Assembly: GCA_965207415.1 (NCBI GenBank) | Contig: CBDBMD010000003.1 | Location: forward strand, 2,480,991-2,544,990 | Direction of reading: 5' to 3' | Length of the DNA: 64,000 nt | From: Dehalococcoidia bacterium | GTDB lineage: Bacteria; Chloroflexota; Dehalococcoidia; UBA2979 | Shown here: positions 44,131 to 54,504 of the stretch, piece by piece | Numbering within the stretch: the stretch's first letter is position 1 | Layout of the letters: every line of letters begins with the position of its first letter | Notes under the pieces: generated by a model | Seen by the model: only the letters and a program-made list of their open reading frames with translations | Told to the model about the DNA's origin: nothing | The model's database searches: none | Translations under genes and position numbers: made by a program

Positions 44131-45495
44131 GTGGCCGAAGACCAGACCCCTCCGCCTCGGCGCTCCGCGCGCCATGTCAGCGCCGCGAGCCTCCTGACCG
44201 CGGTGGTCGTGATGCTGCTCGTCGCCGCGGCCACCGCCGCACTGGTCCGTACCCTCAACGAGGAGCCTGCGGAACCGCCGGCGGTCCGGATCACTCCGCT
44301 CACCCGCACGGCCACCCCCGCCCCGACTCCGTCGCCATCGCCAACCCCGACGGCGACGCCGACCCCGGCCTCGACGCCTTCGCCCACACCGACACCCTCG
44401 CCATCGCCGACGGCTCCGCCGACGCCCTCACCAACACCGACAGCGACGCCGTCACCGACGCCAACGGCCACGCCCACACCGACCCCAACGCCTTCCCCCA
44501 CCCCTACTCCCACTCCCACTCCCACCCCTACTCCCACTCCCACTCCCACTCCCACCCCTACTCCCACTCCCACTCCCACTCCTACGCCGACACCCACGCC
44601 GACCCCAACACCCACGCCGACTCCAACCCCGACCCCGACACCAACCCCCGTCCCCGGCGAAGTTGCAGCGAACCCGGAGCGCGTCCAAACGGGCCACACC
44701 CTCGTCGTGCAGGCCTCCGCCGCCGGTTCCGTCCTGGCGCGGATCGAGTTCCGAGGCACCTCGTACTCCCTGGTGCCGGTCGCTGATGGGTTCTGGGGCG
44801 TCTTCGCGATCCCGGTGGACGCCGAACCGGGCGAGGAGTCCGTGCGCGTCACGTTCCACGACGCCAACCGCGCACAGATCAGCGAGGCGGACGCGACCTA
44901 CGTCGTGGTCGAGATACCACGGGACGTCGAGCACATCACGTTGTCGGAGGAGGCAGCGGCGCTCCTGAACGAGGAGGATGCTCAACGCGAGGCGGATCTG
45001 CGCGCCGAGCAGTTCGCGCAATCCGACCCCGATCCGGCGTGGACGGAGCCGTTCCTGCAACCCGTGCCCGACGCGCAGGTCACCGCACCGTTCGGCAGCG
45101 GCCGCTCCTACAACGGCGGCCCAGTGACCAGCTTCCACAGCGGCCTCGACTACGGCGGGAACGAGGGCGACCCGGTGCTGGCCGCCGCGCCAGGCCGCGT
45201 CAGCTGGACCGGCGCGATGCCGCTCCGCGGCAACAGCGTGATCATCGACCACGGCGCCGGCGTGAAGAGCGGCTACCACCACCTCTCACGCATCGACGTC
45301 GCCGTCGATGGCGCCGTGGCGGCGGGCGACCAGATCGGGGCGGTCGGCTCGACCGGCGTCTCAACCGGTCCACACCTGCACTGGGAGGTCAGCATTCACG
45401 GCGTGAACGTCGATCCGCTCGCCTGGCTCTTCAACTCGTTCCTGGCGAGCGGGGGCTTCAGCCCTCCAACGCAGCCAGAGTCAGAGCAAGAGTGA
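44131..45495 (+). CDS. M23 family metallopeptidase with N-terminal TM anchor and long Thr/Pro/Ser repeat linker
   Basis: M23 motifs HSGLDYGG and [15 protein letters not shown] helix [19 protein letters not shown], then about 110 aa of (PT)n/(TPS)n. Confidence 0.8.
   Translation: MAEDQTPPPRRSARHVSAASLLTAVVVMLLVAAATAALVRTLNEEPAEPPAVRITPLTRTATPAPTPSPSPTPTATPTPASTPSPTPTPSPSPTAPPTPSPTPTATPSPTPTATPTPTPTPSPTPTPTPTPTPTPTPTPTPTPTPTPTPTPTPTPTPTPTPTPTPTPTPTPTPVPGEVAANPERVQTGHTLVVQASAAGSVLARIEFRGTSYSLVPVADGFWGVFAIPVDAEPGEESVRVTFHDANRAQISEADATYVVVEIPRDVEHITLSEEAAALLNEEDAQREADLRAEQFAQSDPDPAWTEPFLQPVPDAQVTAPFGSGRSYNGGPVTSFHSGLDYGGNEGDPVLAAAPGRVSWTGAMPLRGNSVIIDHGAGVKSGYHHLSRIDVAVDGAVAAGDQIGAVGSTGVSTGPHLHWEVSIHGVNVDPLAWLFNSFLASGGFSPPTQPESEQE
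44290..44650 (+). repeat. coding tandem repeat: (ACNCCN)n, including nested (ACTCCC)n / 24-30 nt units, encoding Pro-Thr repeats
   Basis: Direct inspection: cccacccctactcccactcccact repeated three times with internal ACTCCC hexamers (about 44505-44590), flanked by degenerate ACGCCGAC-type units. Confidence 0.8.
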
Positions 45496-46189
45496 CGATC
45501 GCCGCCGTCTCCACGCGCAGCCTGCGAGGTCCAAGACTCACCGGCAGCGCACCCTCCCCGATCAGCCGCTCGCGCTCCTCGGGCGTCCAGCCGCCCTCCG
45601 GCCCGATGTAGATCGCCACGGCGAGCGGCACGGGCGAGAAGCCGGCGAGCGCCTCGGCGACGGTCCGGGCCGCGCCGGGGTCGGCGATCAGCCGCGGCGC
45701 TCCGGCGGGAGGCTCCTCGCCGAACGAGGGCAGCGAGGCGCGTCCGCACTGCTCGGCCGCCTCGCTGGCGATCCGCCGCCAGCGCTCGACGCGCCCCTCG
45801 CCCGGCTGCATCACCGCGCGGTCGCTCGCCAGCGGCGTGATCGCCGCCACGCCGAGCTCCGTCGCCTTTTCCACGATCCAGTCGCCGCGCTGCCCTCGAG
45901 GGAACGCGCAGAGCAGCGTGACGGCGACCGGCGGCTCAGGCAGCGCCTCGAGCGGCTCACCGATCGCCAACCTGACCCCCTCCGCCGCGGCGGCGGCAAC
46001 GGTTGCGCTCCACTCTCCGCCGCTGCCATCGAAGACGGCGAGGCCGTCGCCCGGCCGCAGCCGCAGCACGCTGCGCAGCCGGTGCGACTGCGCGTCATCG
46101 AGGCGCACCTCGACGCCAGGCTCGAGCCGCGCGCCCGGCACGCAGAGCCGCCTCACGGGCTCGCCTTCCCCGCGCCCACCGCGCACCAC
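45458..46189 (-). CDS. rsmE: 16S rRNA (uracil1498-N3)-methyltransferase RsmE
   Basis: An N-terminal PUA-like region followed by a SPOUT-type domain; about 240 aa. Position after prmA as in dnaJ-prmA-rsmE operons. The exact start is uncertain. Confidence 0.7.
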   Translation of the reverse strand: MVRGGRGEGEPVRRLCVPGARLEPGVEVRLDDAQSHRLRSVLRLRPGDGLAVFDGSGGEWSATVAAAAAEGVRLAIGEPLEALPEPPVAVTLLCAFPRGQRGDWIVEKATELGVAAITPLASDRAVMQPGEGRVERWRRIASEAAEQCGRASLPSFGEEPPAGAPRLIADPGAARTVAEALAGFSPVPLAVAIYIGPEGGWTPEERERLIGEGALPVSLGPRRLRVETAAIVTLALTLAALEG

Positions 46190-47097
46190 TCCTCGTCCTG
46201 CTCAACCGCCACATCCTCGAGGCCCGCGCCGCGCGCGGCCGCCAGCACCTCGGAGACCCGATCGGCCATGAAGCCGCTGAGGACCAGCCGCCCGCCCGGA
46301 CGCAGCGCGCGCGCCATCGCCGGCAGCAGCTCGCACACCACGCCCGAGGAGATGTTCGCCGCCACGAAGTCGTACTCGTCCACCGCGCCGCGCTCCGGGT
46401 CGAGCGAGCCTCGCAGTGCCTGCACGCTGCCCTCAAGGCCGTTGCGCCGCACGTTTTCGCGTGCTGCTTCCACCGCGTCCGGATCGCTGTCGAGCGCGTC
46501 GACGCGGGAGGCGCCCAGCCGCGCCGCCGCAAGCGCGAGCACGCCGGACCCCGTCCCGAGGTCGAGCACCACGTCGCCGGGCGCGCACTCGCGCTCGATC
46601 GCCGCGAGGCAGAGCCGGGTCGTCGGGTGCTGGCCGGTGCCGAACGCCTGCCCCGGATCGAGGCTGATCGCCAGCGCCTCGCCCTCCCCGGCGGGCTCCC
46701 AGGACGGGTGCACCACCAGCCGCCCGATGTGCAGCGTCGTGAAGTGCTCGCGCCAGAGCGCGGACCAGTCGAGGTCCTCGACGGGGCGATAGCGCAGCCG
46801 GGGCAGCGGGCCGCGCAACGGCAGCGCGGCCAGCCGCCGCCGCACCACGCGGCGCTCGCGGGGCGCCAGCGGGGCGGGCAGGAACGCGCGCACGGTGGCG
46901 TCGGCCGGCTCGACCGTGTAAGCGAACTCGCGCTCGTCCGAGGTCTGGATGCGCGGCTCGAGGGCGACCGCACCCGCGGTCATCGCGCCGAGCGCGTCCG
47001 CGACCAGCTCGGCGTCGGAGAGCGGCAGCCGAACCGTCAGCTCGACCCAGGCAGCGGAGCCGCCGGGAGCGGCGCGTGCGTTCGCGCCCACCGTCAT
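46153..47097 (-). CDS. prmA: ribosomal protein L11 methyltransferase PrmA
   Basis: SAM-binding motif VVLDLGTGSGVLALAAARLGA, the typical PrmA N-terminal domain WVELTV and about 314 aa length. Confidence 0.85.
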   Translation of the reverse strand: MTVGANARAAPGGSAAWVELTVRLPLSDAELVADALGAMTAGAVALEPRIQTSDEREFAYTVEPADATVRAFLPAPLAPRERRVVRRRLAALPLRGPLPRLRYRPVEDLDWSALWREHFTTLHIGRLVVHPSWEPAGEGEALAISLDPGQAFGTGQHPTTRLCLAAIERECAPGDVVLDLGTGSGVLALAAARLGASRVDALDSDPDAVEAARENVRRNGLEGSVQALRGSLDPERGAVDEYDFVAANISSGVVCELLPAMARALRPGGRLVLSGFMADRVSEVLAAARGAGLEDVAVEQDEEWCAVGAGKASP

Positions 47098-47100
47098 GGG

Positions 47101-48222
47101 CTAGGAGAAAGCCTCCCGGATCCGGCCGAACAGTCCGCGATCGTCGGCCGGCAACGAGGGGGTCCCGAGCGAGTCGGCGAGCTGCTCCAGCAGCTCGCGC
47201 TGCTCCTCGGTGAGCTTCGTGGGAGTCACCACGTGCGTTCGCACCAGCAGGTCGCCGCGTCCGGCGGCCTGGAGGTGGGGAACGCCGCGCCCGCGGACGC
47301 TGAAGATGTGGCCGGGCTGAGTGCCGCCGGGCACGTCGATCGTGACCGGATCGCCCTCGAGCGTCGGCACCTCGATCTCCGCGCCGAGCGCGGCCTGCGC
47401 GGGGTTCAGCGGCAGCTCGTAGACAAGGTGGTCGCCGCGGCGCTCGAAGTGCTGGTGATCCTCGATATCGAGGTCGAGGTAGAGGTGGCCCGGCGGGCCA
47501 CCGCGAAGGCCGGCGTCACCCTCGCCGCTGAGGCGGATCTGGTGCTCCTCGTCGACGCCGGCAGGGATGTTCACGGAGCGCGTCACGGTGTCGGCGCGGA
47601 GACCACGGCCTCCGCAGCCCATGCAGGGGTCGGTCACCACCTCGCCGTCGCCGCCGCAGCGGTTGCACAGCGCCGAGTTGACGAAGCGCCCGAACAGCGA
47701 CTCCTGGACGCGCCGGATCTCGCCCTGCCCGTTGCACTCCGGGCAACTCGAAGGCCGGCTGCCGTTCGCCGAGCCGCGGCCGTCGCAATCCTCGCAGCGG
47801 CCGACGCGCTGGAACTGGATCTCGCGCTCCGCGCCGAAGACCGCCTCCTCGAAGGCGACGGCGATCGAGGCGCGCCGGTCGGCGCCGCGCTGCGGGCCGG
47901 GCCGGCGCGATCCGGTGCCGCGGAAGAAGGCATCGAAGATGTCGCCGAAGCCGCCGAAGCCCTCGAAGCCGGAGAAGCCGTGCTGTCCGCCACCGTTGAG
48001 CCCGGCCATGCCGAAGCGGTCGTAGGTACGGCGCTTCTCCGGATCGGAGAGCACCTCGTAGGCGGCGTTGACCTGCTTGAAGCGATCCTCGGCGCCCTCG
48101 CTCTTGTTGCGATCGGGGTGGGAGTCCATCGCAGCCTTGCGGAAGGCGCGCTTGATCTCCTCCTGCGAGGCGTCGCGCTGGACCCCGAGGGTCGCGTAGA
48201 GGTCGACTTCCGTGGCCATCAA
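47101..48222 (-). CDS. dnaJ: molecular chaperone DnaJ (type I, with zinc-finger domain)
   Basis: J domain with HPDRN, a G/F-rich region and four CxxCxGxG repeats ([32 protein letters not shown]). Confidence 0.9.
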   Translation of the reverse strand: MMATEVDLYATLGVQRDASQEEIKRAFRKAAMDSHPDRNKSEGAEDRFKQVNAAYEVLSDPEKRRTYDRFGMAGLNGGGQHGFSGFEGFGGFGDIFDAFFRGTGSRRPGPQRGADRRASIAVAFEEAVFGAEREIQFQRVGRCEDCDGRGSANGSRPSSCPECNGQGEIRRVQESLFGRFVNSALCNRCGGDGEVVTDPCMGCGGRGLRADTVTRSVNIPAGVDEEHQIRLSGEGDAGLRGGPPGHLYLDLDIEDHQHFERRGDHLVYELPLNPAQAALGAEIEVPTLEGDPVTIDVPGGTQPGHIFSVRGRGVPHLQAAGRGDLLVRTHVVTPTKLTEEQRELLEQLADSLGTPSLPADDRGLFGRIREAFS

Positions 48223-48282
48223 CCGCTCAGTCTACCGAAGAGTCGGGTAGAGCGCGTGAGCGGCGACGGTCGAGCGCCGTGA

Positions 48283-49320
48283 TCACAGCGCACCGCGCAC
48301 ATAGCGAGTCGCGAGGTACTCCTCGACCCAGTTGGTGGTGCTGCGCCACTGGCCGTCGGCGCCACGCGTTGCCTGCAGTCGCCCACGGATCGCGGCCGTC
48401 CGCAGCGCCGAGTGCGAGATCCGCGCACCTGCCAGCGCAGCGAGCGGCACAAGCCGGCCGGGCCCCGCCACCGCCGGAATGACGAACTTGTAGAGGTTGT
48501 CGAGGATCGCCCGCGCAAGCAGTTCGCCGAGCGGACCAATGTCTCCTCGGTCGGCCTTTCGCAGCGCGGCCAGATATGTGCTGCGCTGGTTCTTGTAGAT
48601 GATCGCCGGCGGATAGCCGAGCCGGACGAGCAGCAGGTTGAGGACCAGGCGGCCCGCCCTTCCGTTGCCATCAAGGAAGGGGTGAATCTGCTCGAACCGG
48701 CAGTGCAGCGCAGCGACAGTCTCCGGGAAGTGCGCGGCGCCAGGCTCCAGGCGGTTCACGTCGGCGATCCAGTCAGCCATCAACGCCGGTACATCGGTCC
48801 ATGCGGGGGGCGTCATGCCCTCCGGGAACGGCTGGACCTCGTGTCGCCGGTACGCCCCCGGCCGCTCTGCCGAATCGGCGACCGGATGGGGCGCGACATC
48901 CCAGACGGGTTCCATCGCAACCTCATGAATGCGCCTGACCTCGGTCAGCGAGATCCACTCGCCGCCGGACCACTCGCCCGGCTCGATCGCCTGGCCGTAG
49001 ACCCAGTCGGCGGCGTTCGCGTAGCCGCGGACTTCCATGTACTCCGCAAGCTGCTTGTCGCCGACAGCGCGGCCTTCCGCAAGCAGGGCCTCGACCTGCT
49101 TCAGGACGAGCGTATTGCCCTCGATCGCGGTGGAGTGGTGAGCCTCCTCGAACCAGATGCCGCGCCAGATGTCGGACGCTTCCAGGCGGTTGGGGAGTCC
49201 CCCCATGCGCGTCCACAGTTCGCTGATCTGCGTCTCGAGCCGGGCGTAGATGGCAGCGCGAGGCGGGCGTCCGCGCCGCACCGCCCGGCCCTCCCGAAGT
49301 TGATCAGGTTCACGCCTCAT
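48283..49320 (-). CDS. Fic-domain protein (class II: N-terminal inhibitory helix + Fic core), inserted between dnaK and dnaJ
   Basis: Fic active-site motif HPFLDGNGRAGRLVLN (HxFx[D/E]GNGRxxR). An upstream inhibitory-helix motif STAIEGN fits (S/T)xxxE(G/N). 345 aa. Confidence 0.85.
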   Translation of the reverse strand: MRREPDQLREGRAVRRGRPPRAAIYARLETQISELWTRMGGLPNRLEASDIWRGIWFEEAHHSTAIEGNTLVLKQVEALLAEGRAVGDKQLAEYMEVRGYANAADWVYGQAIEPGEWSGGEWISLTEVRRIHEVAMEPVWDVAPHPVADSAERPGAYRRHEVQPFPEGMTPPAWTDVPALMADWIADVNRLEPGAAHFPETVAALHCRFEQIHPFLDGNGRAGRLVLNLLLVRLGYPPAIIYKNQRSTYLAALRKADRGDIGPLGELLARAILDNLYKFVIPAVAGPGRLVPLAALAGARISHSALRTAAIRGRLQATRGADGQWRSTTNWVEEYLATRYVRGAL

Positions 49321-49329
49321 AAATTGAAC

Positions 49330-49356
49330 CGTACACTTTCACCACGGAAGTGTACG
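49330..49356 (-). promoter_or_regulatory. hairpin CGTACACTT-N9-AAGTGTACG immediately upstream of the fic start codon
   Basis: A 9-bp perfect inverted repeat ending 10 nt before the fic ATG, followed on the minus strand by GTTCAATTT. It shares the CACTTTCAC/GTGAAAGTG core and a CGTGG loop with the dnaK terminator hairpin. Confidence 0.35.
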
Positions 49357-49365
49357 TCAGAGCCC

Positions 49366-49412
49366 CTGAAAAAGAAACCGCGCACTTTCACCGTGGCGAG
49401 TGAAAGTGCGCG
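49366..49412 (-). terminator. Rho-independent terminator after dnaK: CGCGCACTTTCAC-N8-GTGAAAGTGCGCG followed by GTTTCTTTTTCAG on the minus strand
   Basis: A 13-bp perfect stem with a U-rich tract on the transcribed (minus) strand, 44 nt after the dnaK stop. Confidence 0.6.
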
Positions 49413-49455
49413 TTACGCCCGGTCCGAATTGTGCCGCACACTTTCGCGCGCGACC

Positions 49456-51360
<1,905 letters not shown>

Positions 51361-51430
51361 CTCGTACCCCTTGTCGCGTTCCCTGTCGGTCGTGGTTCAT
51401 GCCGGGAGCACGGCTCCCGGTTCGTCGCTC

Positions 51431-52054
51431 CTACTCCGCGGCCTGGCCGCCATCGGCTGACCCGGCCGCGCCGCTGCCGACCACCACCTGGGCCGGCCGC
51501 AGCACGTAGTTCTCGATGCGGTAGCCCTCGCGCACGAGGGCGACGATCTGTCCCTCCGGACCCGGCGCGGACGAGACCGCCTCGTGCACCAGCGGATCGA
51601 ACGCCTCGCCTTCGCCGCCGATCTCCTCGACGCCGGCGCCGGCCAACATCTCCTTGAACTTGCGCTCCACCAGCCGGATGCCCTCGATCCACTGGTCCTC
51701 GGCGAGCGCGCCATCAACCGAGGTCAGGGCGCGGCTCAGGTCGTCGAGCGGCGGCAGACAGCGCGCGATCGTCTCGGCGAGCTGCGCTCGCGCGCGTTCC
51801 TTCCAGCGCTCCTCGGTGCGGCGCCGGAAGTTCTGCAGATCGGCAGCCGCGCGGGCGTGGCGATCCGTCAGTTCCGCGACTTCCGCCTCGAGGGCGGCGA
51901 TGCGCTCGGCGTCGCTCGACGCCTCGTCGGCAGCAGCATCCTCGGCCGGCGCTGCTGTTTCCCCGGCGCTGTCTCCTTCAAGAGGCACGTTGTCTTGCTC
52001 CTGGTTGTTCGTCGTTGAGTCCTGCGGGCGTCCGGTGGCCCGGGCGTCAGCCAT
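51431..52054 (-). CDS. grpE: nucleotide exchange factor GrpE
   Basis: An acidic N-terminus, a coiled-coil (ALEAEVAELTDRHARAAADLQNFRRR) and a C-terminal beta-domain. Overlaps the hrcA stop. Confidence 0.85.
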   Translation of the reverse strand: MADARATGRPQDSTTNNQEQDNVPLEGDSAGETAAPAEDAAADEASSDAERIAALEAEVAELTDRHARAAADLQNFRRRTEERWKERARAQLAETIARCLPPLDDLSRALTSVDGALAEDQWIEGIRLVERKFKEMLAGAGVEEIGGEGEAFDPLVHEAVSSAPGPEGQIVALVREGYRIENYVLRPAQVVVGSGAAGSADGGQAAE

Positions 52055-53060
52055 CCAGCTCGTGCAGCAGTTCGGTCATCAGCCGGGCGAAGTAGCGAAC
52101 GCGCGGGATCGTATGCCCGTAGTGCATCCGCGTCGGGCCCAGCACCGCGACGGAGCCGAGCGCCCCGCCGGGCTCCCCAAAGGCCGAGATGACCATCGTC
52201 CAGTCGTGGAGCCAGCTCCGCTCGTTCTCATCGCCAATCAACACGCGCGCGCCGGGGTCCGGGTTTTGCGGCGGCCGCAGCGCACCGCGCAGCTCGTACG
52301 CCTCGAGGTGCTCCACCGCGTCGAGCATGCGATCGGTGGTGGAGAACTCCGGCTGCGCCAGCGCCGCCCGGATGCCTTCGATGAAGAGCTGCGCCGCGCT
52401 CGCGCCTTCCGCCACGAGGTCGGCGATCTCAAGCGTGAGCCGGCGATCGTCGTCATCATCGAACTGCGGGGCGATCGTGCGGATCCGCTCGGAATTCGAG
52501 AGCGAGAGGCGGTCGTTGAGGCGCGAGGCGCGGGTGAGCAGCTCCGGCTGACCCTCATCCTCCGGCACGGGGACGATCCGTTCCTGGATGCTCCCGTCGT
52601 CCAGCACCCCCACCAGCAACGCGGCCCCGGGCCGCAGGTGCACCAGCTGCGCCTGCCGCAGGTGCGTGACCGGGCGCTGCGGCCGCGCCACGACGGCGAC
52701 GTTGCCGACCGCTCCCGCGAGGACCGAAGCCGCCAGCTGCAGCCACTCATCGAGGTCCGGGGGCGCCTGGTAGAACTGGTGCTCGATCGTCCGGCGCTCG
52801 TCGGCGCCGATCGGCTCCTCGGCCATCAGTTCCTCGACGTAGAAGCGGTAGCCGGTGTTGGAGGGGATGCGGCCGGCCGAGGTGTAGGGGTGCGTGATGT
52901 ACCCCTCCTGCTCGAGCGCGGCCAGCTCGTTGCGCACGGTGGCAGTGGAGACATCGAGGTTGTGGCGGTCGACCAGCGCGCGCGAACTCACCGGCGCAGC
53001 CGTGCCGATATACTCGTCTACGACGAGATTGAGGATGTCCGCCCGGCGCTGAGTGAGCAC
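52047..53060 (-). CDS. hrcA: heat-inducible transcription repressor HrcA
   Basis: N-terminal winged helix LTQRRADILNLVVDEYIGTAAPVSSRAL, about 337 aa, with a CIRCE element upstream. GTG start with GGAGGG SD. Confidence 0.9.
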   Translation of the reverse strand: MLTQRRADILNLVVDEYIGTAAPVSSRALVDRHNLDVSTATVRNELAALEQEGYITHPYTSAGRIPSNTGYRFYVEELMAEEPIGADERRTIEHQFYQAPPDLDEWLQLAASVLAGAVGNVAVVARPQRPVTHLRQAQLVHLRPGAALLVGVLDDGSIQERIVPVPEDEGQPELLTRASRLNDRLSLSNSERIRTIAPQFDDDDDRRLTLEIADLVAEGASAAQLFIEGIRAALAQPEFSTTDRMLDAVEHLEAYELRGALRPPQNPDPGARVLIGDENERSWLHDWTMVISAFGEPGGALGSVAVLGPTRMHYGHTIPRVRYFARLMTELLHELDG

Positions 53061-53087
53061 GGGCCCTCCATCCCGACTACCCGCAGA

Positions 53088-53114
53088 TTAGCACTCTCAT
53101 GGGGAGAGTGCTAA
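53088..53114. promoter_or_regulatory. CIRCE operator TTAGCACTC-N9-GAGTGCTAA (perfect match to consensus)
   Basis: Read directly at 53088-53114: ttagcactc tcatgggga gagtgctaa. On the minus strand, -10 TAAAAT (53123-53128) and -35 TTGACC (53147-53152) with an 18-nt spacer lie just upstream. Confidence 0.85.
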
Positions 53115-53122
53115 CACACTGG

Positions 53123-53152
53123 ATTTTAGCGGCCAGACGCCCGACTGGTCAA
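53123..53152 (-). promoter_or_regulatory. hrcA promoter (-35 TTGACC, 18 nt spacer, -10 TAAAAT) immediately upstream of CIRCE
   Basis: Hexamers read on the minus strand. The geometry places the transcription start at or next to CIRCE. Confidence 0.55.
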
Positions 53153-53176
53153 CGCTCGCACGGGCCCGGAGAGCGC

Positions 53177-53749
53177 ATGGACCGAGATTCGGACTCCCAG
53201 ACCGCCGCCGCGCCCGACGCCGCCGATCCCGCCCGCGCGGACGAGGCCCGCGACGCCTTCTCCGAGCTCTATGAGGCACACGCGACCCGCGTCTACCGCT
53301 ACCTGCTCTCCCGCACCAGCAGCGTCAGCGACGCCGAGGAGCTGACCTCGCGCACGTTCACCAACGCCTTCGCCAGCCTCGGCAGCTACCGCGGGCGCGG
53401 CAAGTTCGAGTCCTGGCTGATGACCATCGCGCACAACCTGCTGGCCAACTGGTACCGCGACCGTGGCCGCAGGCCGCAGGCCGCGCCGCTCGACGAGGCG
53501 CTCGCCGTGCCCTCGGACGCGCCGGGGCCGGAGTCGGCGCTCGAAACCATCGAGGAGACGCAGCGGGTGCGGGAGGCGGCGGCGGCGCTCGCGCCCGACC
53601 GCCAGCGCCTGATCACGCTCAAGTACGTCGACGGCCTCACGAACGCCGAGATCGGGCGCATCCTCGGCCGCAGCGAGGGCGCCGTGAAGGCCCTCCACCA
53701 CCGCACGCTGCGCCAGCTCGCCCAGGCGCTCGCCGCCGACTCGGGGTAG
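53177..53749 (+). CDS. ECF (sigma-70 family) RNA polymerase sigma factor
   Basis: Region 2 FSELYEAHATRVYRYL....AEELTSRTF and region 4 ITLKYVDGLTNAEIGRILGRSEGAVKALHHRTLRQL. The start at 53177 is only 25 nt from the hrcA -35 element. Confidence 0.7.
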   Translation: MDRDSDSQTAAAPDAADPARADEARDAFSELYEAHATRVYRYLLSRTSSVSDAEELTSRTFTNAFASLGSYRGRGKFESWLMTIAHNLLANWYRDRGRRPQAAPLDEALAVPSDAPGPESALETIEETQRVREAAAALAPDRQRLITLKYVDGLTNAEIGRILGRSEGAVKALHHRTLRQLAQALAADSG

Positions 53750-53834
53750 GCCCGCACCCGGCGTCCTGGCGGCCGGGTGTGGCGGCAGCCGCGCCCGCTC
53801 GCTACGATCGCAGCACCCCGGAAGGGCGCCGACC

Positions 53835-54482
53835 ATGGACGTCAACTGGCTCGGACACGCCTGCGTGCGATTGCGCACGCGCCAGGCCGCCGTGGTCATG
53901 GACCCGGCGAGCCGGGACGCCGGCTTCGACATGGGCCGGCCCGGCGCCGACATCGTCACGATCAGCCGCCACCATCCCTTCCACTCGCACGCCGCCGGCG
54001 TGCGCGGCCAGCCGATCATCATCGACGGCCCCGGCGAGTACGAGATCGAGGGCGTGCAACTCTTCGGCCTGCCAAGCCCGCTTCCGCGCGCCGGCGAGGA
54101 CGCGCCGAGCGAGCGCAACACCGCCTACGTCGTCGAGGCGGAGGGCCTGCACGTCGCGCACCTCGGTAGCGGCTGCGCGCCGCCGCGCGAGGACGAGGCG
54201 GGGCTGTTCAGCAACATCGACATCCTGATCGTGCCGATCGGCGGCGACGAGTCGGTCGCGCCGGAGCGGGCCGCCCGCACGGTGCGCGACCTGGAGCCGA
54301 CGATCGTGATCCCGGTGGGCTATGACGGACCCGCGGCCGAGGGCGAACAGCCCGCCGCGCTGCGCGCCTTCCTCGACGCCACCGGCCTCAGCGGCGGCGA
54401 GCCGCTGGCGCGGCTGAGCATCCGCCCGCGCGGACTCGGCGAGGAGCAGCGCGTCGTCCTGCTGGAGGCCTCGCGCCGCTAG
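53835..54482 (+). CDS. MBL-fold metallo-hydrolase (UPF0173-like)
   Basis: N-terminal MDVNWLGHACV and the HxHxDH-equivalent region ISRHHPFHSHAAG. 215 aa. Confidence 0.65.
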   Translation: MDVNWLGHACVRLRTRQAAVVMDPASRDAGFDMGRPGADIVTISRHHPFHSHAAGVRGQPIIIDGPGEYEIEGVQLFGLPSPLPRAGEDAPSERNTAYVVEAEGLHVAHLGSGCAPPREDEAGLFSNIDILIVPIGGDESVAPERAARTVRDLEPTIVIPVGYDGPAAEGEQPAALRAFLDATGLSGGEPLARLSIRPRGLGEEQRVVLLEASRR

Positions 54483-54504
54483 CGATCCTCCCGAGGCGGC
54501 GCCG

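Noticed and set aside
49321-49455. Possibility that the dnaK-fic intergenic hairpins are CIRCE or HAIR operators
   Set aside because: The sequence GCACTTTCAC-N8-GTGAAAGTGC matches neither TTAGCACTC-N9-GAGTGCTAA nor CTTGAGT-N7-ACTCAAG. The perfect CIRCE is instead at 53088-53114.
53126-54121. 331-aa minus-strand ORF overlapping the ECF sigma and MBL genes
   Set aside because: Antisense to two plus-strand genes with clear family motifs; Gly/Arg/Ala-rich artefact.
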